Positions 54,126 to 64,000 of a stretch of DNA of 64,000 bases are shown here, in pieces. Position 1 is the first letter of the stretch, and each line of letters begins with the position of its first letter. Source of the DNA: the human T2T-CHM13v2.0 reference genome, Homo sapiens; NCBI RefSeq assembly GCF_009914755.1, contig NC_060927.1; one strand, written 5' to 3'. The notes below the pieces were generated by a model. The model was not told where the DNA came from and did no database searches. It saw nothing but the letters and a program-made list of their open reading frames with translations. A program made the position numbers and the translations under genes.

Positions 54126-55499
54126 GCCCAGGTTTATCCCTGGTTGTCCTCTCCTCTGCCCCTTGATCTGACAAATGTTCAAAGGATTACTTAAAATAGT
54201 CCCCTGCTCAAAATAACAAGGGCTTGCCAAAAGAAGAAAAACACCTTGAAATAGAGATTCCAATTAACTGCCTCTGATTGCTGGATAACTCTTCAAGACT
54301 CCCAGAAACCGATTCTAGCAGTATGTGTTATTTGTTTATAGCCAACCTTTGTTCCAAAAATAACTTGATATGTTTTACAGAAATATGTAGAATACATACA
54401 ATGCAGAAAATTATTGCAAAGGAGGAAAAAGGATGGGAAAAGCTAGTAATCTTGGGGATGAATTGTCATACACCAAGAAAGCAATTTATATACCTGGTGG
54501 CTTAACAGCAAATATTATAATCAATGCAATAATAGTGACCCAGCAGAAATACACTGTGAGTTGAAATAAAATGTTAACAAGAGTTTGTGGGGAAGAATAA
54601 GACACAAAAGTCCTGATAATGTCTCAATATGCAGGGTTTGGACTTCTGAAGCAGGTCACTCCTAAGCCTTCAAGCTTAGGAAAAAAGGGAAAAATGAGAG
54701 GACAGAGGATAGATGGGAGGACAATGGGGTGGGGAGTCAGGGAGTGGGTAGAGGGAACCACAACAGGTTGACGTCCACCTAGGTATCACTTATCAATGAA
54801 CTGAAAATTTATCAGGTAATTGGAAGCTCAAATTCATACGTCACCTGGACTGAACTGCGCTTTTGTTATTTATAATGCAATATGGTATAAATCAATTGGC
54901 TTGGATTTTAAAATTAGAGCCCAATTACCTGTGTAAGGGAATCATAAATCCAACTTGTATTTTTCTAACAGGGTTAACAACTCATGATGCCAGCTTAAAC
55001 TCAGGAAAATCAATGGTCTGGGCTTAAGAACAATTGTGCGTGGTACTTTATCTCCCTGGTCTAGTGTAGCAGGTGGGCAGTCTAGGAGTTGGGGGTGAAG
55101 GATTTGGGGGAGGGTAGAAGCCTAAAGCAAAGGAAACAAACAGAAAACATTGAATATTGCTAAAAACACCACATGCCAGGTAAACAGGAAGGGGGGCACT
55201 TACATATAGTAGACAGTGAAAATCTGGACACCTGTTACTTGATGAAGCATCGCAGGAGCAAAGGCAAAACACTCCTGTTGCTTTTCTTGTTCTGCAAAAC
55301 TCTCCAGAGCTAAGAGAGCTAATGTGAGATGAAAAGCTAAAAAAGGAGCGAGTCAGAACTCCCACTGACAGCTCCCAAATCTGGCCCTTCCTAAAGGCGT
55401 TTGCGCCTGCCTTAAGCCAGAGACTCCCTTCTCAGGTGCAGTTTGTTGACCCTCTCTTCAATTGGAAACATCTGAGGTTCACTCAGTGATAAGGGGCAT

Positions 55500-56410
55500 G
55501 TGGAGGAATAAAGCTGTGGCAGTGGTGGAGGAATTAATAGTCCAACTTTTATGGAGGGCAGTTAACATTGTGTATGCCTGTGTTTATGTAAGTATATATA
55601 CCTACATATACACACATATATGTTATATATTATTGACATAGAAATTCCATTTTCATAAAATTCTCCTTGAGAAATGGTTGAAGAACAGTGCAAAGATATA
55701 CATACAAAATTCTTCATTGCGGCCGGGCGCGGTGGCTCACGCCTGTAATCCCAGCACTTTGGGAGGCCGAGACGGGTGGATCACCAGGTCAGGAGATCGA
55801 GACCATTCTGGCTAACACGGTGAAACCCCGTCTCTACTAAAAATACAAAAAGAAATTAGCCGGGCGTGGTGGCGGGCACCTGTAGTCCCAGCTACTCAGG
55901 AGTCTGAGGCAGGAGGCTGAGGCGTTAACCTGGGAGGCAGAGCTTGCAGCTAGCCGAGATGGCACCACTGCACTCCAGCCTGGGTGACAGAGCGAGAGTC
56001 CATCTCAAAAAAACAAAACAAAACAAAAAATTCTTCATTGCAGCATTGCTTCTAAGAACCAAAGTTGCACACAAACTAGAAGTCATTCAAAGGGGGTGAT
56101 CCAAGCCAAGTGTATTATATTTCACTCATACAATGTAATACTATACTGAAATTATAAATGACGATATAAAATTCTATGGACATGATACGTGGTAAAATAA
56201 AACAACAAAATAGTATTACTGGATGTGTCAATTGTGTGAGTGTGTGTATGTGTGTGAATAAGAACGTGTGGGAGAAAATCCTGCATATTAATCAAGCTTA
56301 TTGCTGTTGTAGGATAACTGATATTTTTTAATATTTTTCTGTTGTGTTGGATTTTTAAATTTTAATTGTTATAAAATAGTCAGGTATTACTTTTATAATC
56401 TGGAAAAAAA
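55500..56410 (+). mobile_element. L1ME-type 3' remnant interrupted by AluY
   Basis: aactttttatggagggcagtt..., gtgcaaagatatacatacaaaattcttcattgcagcattg, 3' end tattacttttataatctggaaaaaa. Confidence 0.65.
55721..56026 (+). mobile_element. AluY
   Basis: CpG-rich; gagatcgagacca..ctggctaacacgg, gagcttgcag. Perfect 15-bp TSD aaaattcttcattgc (55706-55720 / 56027-56041). Confidence 0.97.
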
Positions 56411-57379
56411 AACCCAGCAATTTCCATTTTGGATTTGAATACAGTAGGAAGGATAGCAGGGTAGCAGCAGTTACTGGGCAAAGCAGACGTCAACCAGGGC
56501 CTAACAACAAGGCTCTCACTGCACAAAGCACCAGCACCTGTCCCATAATGGCTTCTGTTTTCACACAAAATTCCGCCAACTGGGTACATCTTCTCAAAGA
56601 GGGGAAACAAATGCACCAAAATTAATTGTAGAACTTATCTTTATGTTCTGGGGGCCAGAAAACTCAGTCTATACTGTGCTTCTGAGAGCAAATAATCCTT
56701 TCTAGGCCTAAAATACAGTCTGTCTTCTATTTTGGGCTTGTGGTACCTCTGTTGTCTCATTGTTCAAGTGGATGTAAAAGTATTAATTCAAAAAACCCAT
56801 GTTCTCTGCTTAAAGCACAGAATTGTCAACAAAACATACTACAGAACACATGCCTCTCACTCAATCATTTCTTTGTCTTAGTTTCTTGTGGTCTATTCCA
56901 TAGTAAGGAATTTGCAATGTTGGAGTAAGAGACCTAAGAGGACCTTAGAGATCACCCCATTCAGCATCCTCATTTTTCACAAGAGAAAGCCCAGACTAGT
57001 CATCAAGTGAGCTAGCCAGGACTAAAGCCGAGGGTCTGGTAGTCAGTCCACTGTTTATCACTTCAGCTCTAATTCCATTCAAGACACAGCTACAGCTTCC
57101 CCCTTCTGGACAATCTGAATATTCCTTTAGCTAATGTTGAAATAAATCAGACTTTCGACATCTGATGTGACATACAGAGAGAAAAAGGCAGGAAATCTAA
57201 CATAATGTACTAGTTAGCTTTTCCAAATGCATGAGAAATACTTTCAATAATGGAAAACACTACATATACTACTTTATGCAGTCGACTTTTGCTTCTGTGA
57301 TAGAAAAGGGAAAAAGTTCAGGGGAAGAAAACTACGCGGGTCATTTGGTGACGTTTTTAAGATTTTTACTTTCAGAGGC

Positions 57380-58110
57380 ACATAATTTAAAGTGTTTTTC
57401 TTTTTCTTCTATCAAAACCAAACATAGTTACTAGAAAACATCTGAAAAATGCAACAAAATTTTAAGAAGCAAAAAAAGAAAACATGTCACACAATTCAGC
57501 CAACAAAAAAACCACAGTTAAAATGTTAGTATAGTTCCTTCTAGGTTTTTTTCCTTTTTGAATGGTTGAGTACTTCATATATATACCATTTCCAAGTTTT
57601 GTTTTGTTTTTTACCTAAATTATACCTAAGCATTTTATGAATTCATTAAAAACTATTTATAAACATTATTTAATGTATGAATAATATTCCATGGTATAGA
57701 GTGCCAAATTTTATTTTTTCTTTATTTATGTCATTTAGGGTTTTTCTATTATACATTATTCTATGATGAGCATTGTAAGAAATCCATCTTGATCTTAATT
57801 TCTGATTATTTTCTTGTCTTAAATTCCTAAAATGGGGAATTGCCAGATTAAATACTATGAGCATTTTAAATTACCAGGAAGTTTATAACAAATTTTGTTG
57901 TTCCTACCAAAAGTACATAGAAGTACCCATTTTATAATCCTTTTTCAGTAAAACATATTTTCAAACCTTTGTTAATTTTACAGGTGGCAAAATTAAAATT
58001 AAAATTTATTTTAACTTGAATCTTTATTATTGAAAAATTCGGTATACCCATTGGCCATTGTGGCCATCCTTTGGCAGATCTACTCTTGAGGTCTTGGCCC
58101 ATTTATTTAC
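57380..58110 (-). mobile_element. L1ME-type remnant
   Basis: ataatattccatggtatagagtgccaaa...aaattcctaaaatggggaattgccag...tcttggcccattt. Confidence 0.65.
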
Positions 58111-58921
58111 TGAGAAAAAAGGAAAGCATTTTGATAGATCCAATCTTTTTTTTTTCAATAAATAAATAATGAATTTTTAAAATAAATTAATAAACTTATT
58201 TAATTCACTAAAGCTTAAGAAACACAAACTTCTGGGCTGATCAGTTGGAGGCTGTAGAAAAATGAACGGAACACACTTTTTTTCCAAGTATATTTTGTAT
58301 AAGCTCTATCTAATTAATGAAACCTTCCTGCAACTTTCTGCATCTGCTCATTCCAAGCATTAGATTAACAAACGGTTGACATAAAATGAAGAGCTACATG
58401 GTATTTCTTTGACATGTGGCATATAAAAATCACAAACTCTGTCTTTAAAAATAGAGTGTTCTGGTTCACACTGGTCCACTGAGCAAACCTATTTACTGCC
58501 TTTCCCACCCAAAATACTTTCTAAATGATACTAAAGAAATGCAAAAGTGCAAACTCATAACCACAAAGAGAATGGGAAGAAGCCATTAGAAGATAAATGA
58601 TTTGAATAAAAGTCTGTTGGCTTCTGAACCACACAGCAAAGGAAACCACAGCCTAAAAAGGGATTGCGGCAAAGGAGGGCCGACCTGCCTGGTTATTCCA
58701 GAAAGAATCGAGCCTCAGAAATAGCAGGTACAACACAGGATGGAAGAGATTGGTGGGGCTGAAAAGGGGGGTTAATTACAGGCCAGGATGAATATGTAAC
58801 ATTGACCACCCTTCCTCCTGGCTCTCCATGTGGACTAGCCTGAGGCCAAGCACCAGCTTCAAGGCAATAAAAAAGTGGGGAGAACCATCACAGTTATCAT
58901 TAGTGTTAAAACCTCACTCTA

Positions 58922-59567
<646 letters not shown>

Positions 59568-60471
59568 AAACCTTACTCTAGCACATTGCGATTCCCCAGT
59601 TCCCATGCACACACCCTAAACTGAAACTCTTCAAGCTTGCTATTCACAAGACCCACCCACTTAAAAATAGACCGCAACAATAGCCTTCTTATTGCCTCAT
59701 TCTTTCACACACACCACAGATCACCAGAAATTTAATATGACAAGAAAGTCTACCACAGAAAAGAAAATGAGCAAGTAAAACAACAGAAAACATGACACTG
59801 GAGAAAACAGTTTAGGGGAAAGACACAAACTTTAAAAATAAAATCTAGTTAATATCGTCAAGAAAGATTTGAGGAGATTTGGTAACTACAAAACAAAAAC
59901 AGGGTTCTATTGAAAAGGAATAATCAGATAAGAAAGAGCTCTTTGGAATTTTATAAATGCGTAAGTAAAAAATTCAATAGAAAGTTTGTAGGCAACGTTG
60001 GAAAAAATCTCCTAGACTATAGACCAAGTACAGAAGTAAGTGAGAAAAAAATAAAATATATAGATGAACAATTCAGGAGGTCTAAGGATGACTAACCAAA
60101 TTTTCACAATAAGAAGAAAAGAAACTGGAGTGAATTATCAAAGAGATTGCATGGTAAAATTCCCCAGAGTTAAAGAGAAAGATGAATGTTCAAAGTATAG
60201 GAATCTACTTGATACCAAGAATAATTAACTGTAAAGTGGTAGAAAAATGAAATTCCTAACAATTTCCTGAAAAGTAAAAAAAAAAGAAGGTGGCCTACAA
60301 AATAAGAATCAGAGTAGCATCAGACTTAGCAGCAGCAGGATTGCATACTAAAAGACAGGAAAAAGGATTTTCAACAGGGAAGTCTACACCCAAACTATCA
60401 ATTGTCTTTTGAGGGCAAAATAAAAAATTCTAAACCTGCAAGCATGCAGAAAGTTTACCTCCCATTCACCC

Positions 60472-60892
60472 TGATATGGCTTGGATATTTGTTCCTGCCC
60501 AAATCTCTTCAAAATGTAATCCCCGGTGCTGGAGGTGGGGCCTGGTGGGAGGTGTTTGGATCATGGGGACAGATCCCTCATAAATGGCTTGGGCTATTTC
60601 CTTGGTGACAAGTGAGCTATTGCTCTGAGTTCACATGAGATCTGGTGGTTTAAAATTGTGTAGCACCTCGCTTCCCCACTCTCTCTGCCTCTTGCTCCTG
60701 TCTTCGTCACATTATGTGCCTACTTCCCCTTCCCCTTCTGCCATAATTGTAAGCTTCCTGAGGCCTCCCTAGAAGCCGAGCCAGCACCGTGCTTCCTGTA
60801 AAGCCTGCAGAACCATGAGCCAATTAAACCTCTTTTCTTTATAAATTATCCAGTCTCAGGTATTTATAGCAATGCAAAAATGGCCTAATACA
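60472..60892 (+). mobile_element. MSTA/MSTB ERVL-MaLR solo LTR
   Basis: tgatatggcttgga...gagccaattaaacctcttttctttataaatta...ctaataca. 5-bp TSD caccc. Confidence 0.95.
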
Positions 60893-63802
60893 CACCCTTT
60901 CTTAGGAAGTTAATAGCAAAATCAGAAGGCAAATTAGAAAAGAAAGAAAACCCATTCAATCCAGCAAACAGTGACTCCAACCCTGGAGAGCAATGGGGAC
61001 ATCTCAGGATGATTCTACACAGCATGTCTACAGAGCAACCTGTCCAAATGGGAGCAAAATGGAGGTCTGTAAGAGACAGGACCAATAGAACAAAGAGTGT
61101 AATTATGAGCTTGAAAAAACTTGAAGATATTATTGAGGTATATACTCAGAAAAGGCAATAGGACATCAGAAATTCCAGCAAAAAAAACAAAAATAACTTT
61201 ATAAGAAAAACTTGAAATATATATTACAGAAACTAAAAGGTGGAATGATTTTGATAAAATGATTTAAAGGAAGAGAATCCATTTGCACCTGATTCTAGAC
61301 ACAATGTCTTTGAGTATCACAGGAATTGTGACAGAGACCATGTGGGGCTGCACTAAATAATTTAGCAAATCTTAATTGTGCAAATATTTTCATTATTTCC
61401 AACTTTGGAAAAATCACAAAAAAAGACTACTCTGGTGACAGAGCAAATGTCAATTAAATTTGACAATGCAAAAATAATGGTATATAGCTGACCGAGAATG
61501 GAAAGTGGAAGGAAAAGAAAAGCAGTGAAGAAAAGGGTATTGAGTGCCCATATCTCATCCTGTGATGCGTGGAGGCAAGAGACACAGGCTAGATTGATGG
61601 ACCAATCAGGGGAGGTATAAATACAATTTAGAAGTGGCAAGCCCAATAGAAGTTGAGAATAATGTCATGTTATGGTGGGAGCATGTGAAAAGTTTAGTGT
61701 AAGTTAGTGTAAGGCAAATACTTCTTGTCTTTAGAAGAAAATCAGTAGATAACATAAAAAATAAATAAGTGTTAACTAGCAATACGGAAGTAAGACCAGG
61801 AATGTTGAAAAGTGATTGCATTTAGCGAGCTCAGCTGGAGGTGGGAAGGGTGGGACTGGGAACTGTTACTTTGCACTACAGGTGTTTCAAAACCATTTGA
61901 TTTTTAACTACGTGCTTATTTTTGCTTTCATAAAAAACAATTCCAAATTATGATTATAAAAAGCAAGTACATTGTTACAAGCTCTTTTACTAAAAACAAC
62001 AACGCATAATTGAGCCTGTATGAAATGCTGTCTTCTAAGCCACTGGACACGCTGGAGGAATAGCGAATAAAGTATAACTGGATTTATTTATAACGAGGAG
62101 AGAGCAAATGCAGTGTACGGAAATGAGACACATCATTTTATCTCGACAGAACAATTAAGCTTTCATTAGGGCTTAATGACAGGATGACATTCGGGGGTTT
62201 GGAGGGTAAGCACATCACCTTCATTATCAAATCAAAGATTATCCAGTATCAAGAGGAACAGTTTTATTTATTCTGTATTCTCCTCGAACTCCCCACCCCA
62301 AGCTCTGTCATGACCCTAGATAAGATGGGAATTGAACAAAAGTCCCCAAGTGCTAATTGCATATTCTCTCACATCCCCAAGATTGCTGTCTCCTAGCCAT
62401 TTCATGTTAATATCACAGAAAGCAGACAGCAAGTGTATATTTGGATGCACAGCTAGGTACATTTCCCAGAATGTATTTTGGAAGGGGTTAGTTGTTGGAA
62501 GGTTGGCAAGACACTAGTGACTCCACGTTTTGGCTACTACGCCTTTCTGTCCTGAAAGCCTGGTGTCCATGTTATTTAGAACAGCCTGGGTAAACTTATT
62601 ACTGCACCCTGTGTTCACAGAAAAGGTTGGTTCTGAGTTCAGTTACAATCCCTAGCAGTTTAAACGATAGCTGCTGTGCTATAATCTAAAATAAATTGCT
62701 TTTCTCAAGAAGCCATGTAAGCCTTTGCACTGCATCTTAGCAGAGCTGCTGGTTTTATCTCATCTGAAACTCAAGAAGGGTACAAAAGCAGGACCTCTGA
62801 ACTCCTGTTGTTACCTCAAATGTCATTCTTCTACACTTCTGGGGCTCTCTCTTCACCCCAAATTCCTATCCCAGAACTAGATTTATGGGAAAGCAACAGT
62901 GTTTTCATTTTTTAATGCAAATCATCATTTTGTGTTTATTGTTTTCTATATAAGCTGCATACTTTGCCTGGGGTCTTTTGAAAGAACTCTATTACTGGGG
63001 GCAAGATTTGTTTTTCCTCTTCCCACAGCTAGAAGGCTAACCTGCTACCATGGGCCAAGATAGCAAGTATGAGGACGCCCGCACCCAAATGAATTGGGGC
63101 ACCTCTACAGACTCTCCATTCAAACGCACATCCTCCTCCTCTCTCCAAAGGGAATGGAGGAAAAGGAAACAAACTTGTCAAGCGCTCAATACGTGAAATG
63201 ATAATTCTGGCTTTCTCCACCCTCCACCTCCCCAGGAGTTTTTCCCAAAGGTCCCATTGGCCCAAGCTCAAGCCTCAGCACTTCTCTAAACAAGATGCTT
63301 GTAGATCCCTTTGATGCCTTTCCACAAAGGCAATTAGAAGGGTTTCCAACGTTAACTATGTACATTCTTTCAGATTTAACAAGGCAACTTAATTAACACT
63401 GCTGTGTTTCTGCTAGTCAACAAGAGAAAATTGTCCTTTCAAGAGATTTTGCACATTGACAAAAATAATCCAGTAATACTTTTCCCTTTCAAATATTTTT
63501 CTTCTATTGAGATTGAAAGAGGTGGTTTGCAGAGTGCTATATGGTATGTGCTCAGCAGCATTTTTCTGAAAGGGAATTTTTTTATGTCCACACAAAAAAA
63601 AAAACATCCAGGACAAATAAAAGCCAAATGAATACTTTAGACAAATTCAAACTCAAACTTAGAGCCACTCAGAAGGCAAGGAAGTCCTATTTCTTTTTAT
63701 AACATACATGCAACCATGCCACGGGAGGATATGAAATGTAGCTCATGAATTATGTTTATCCTTAAGTTCTCTTGGAGCTATAATAATTAGAAAGAGACAA
63801 AG

Positions 63803-64000
63803 TGCTGATTCTCAACCAGTATCCCTAGGAGGCACTAGGAAATGGAGGAGGTGAGGACATTTCTTTGATGTCTCAGCAATTGGAGGGCAAAACTGACATT
63901 TGGAGAGTTCTCAAAATGTTGCTAAAAGTTCTGTAGTGTGTTAGCACCACAGAGCGAAGACTTTTCCTGCCCAGAATGCCAATAGATCCCCCTTGGGAAA
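63803..64000 (+). mobile_element. MER20-family hAT MITE, running off the window
   Basis: ttctcaacc...ctgacatttgg...gctaaaagttctgtagtg...cctgcccagaatgccaatag. Confidence 0.65.

Overview
Primate (human-like) AT-rich, CpG-poor genomic DNA, probably intronic or intergenic. I find no recognisable intact protein-coding exon, RNA gene or CpG island; the ORF track is mostly Alu, L1 or random ORFs. Much of the window is interspersed repeat: about 15 Alu-family items, several old L1/HAL1-like remnants, MaLR/ERVL/ERV1 LTRs, MIR/L2, hAT MITEs, one piggyBac MITE (MER85) and one mariner MITE (MADE1). The main feature the ORF track misses is a disabled processed pseudogene of MTERF1 (mitochondrial transcription termination factor 1) at about 23411-25941. 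It sits inside an L1MC element between target-site duplications. It carries a perfectly symmetric MADE1 (miR-548-type) hairpin, an 8-nt insertion flanked by a 16-bp duplication, a tailless L1PA fragment and an MLT1D LTR with a duplicated DUX4-type motif. Other points of note are a dispersed 32-bp duplication, a possible spliced L1, a templated inverted-repeat junction, an Alu inside an Alu, candidate enhancers and splice sites, and a 48-aa Kozak-context ORF behind a strong acceptor. I cannot support a claim of a wholly new biological system. Repeat subfamily names come from recalled consensus sequences and need RepeatMasker/Dfam confirmation.
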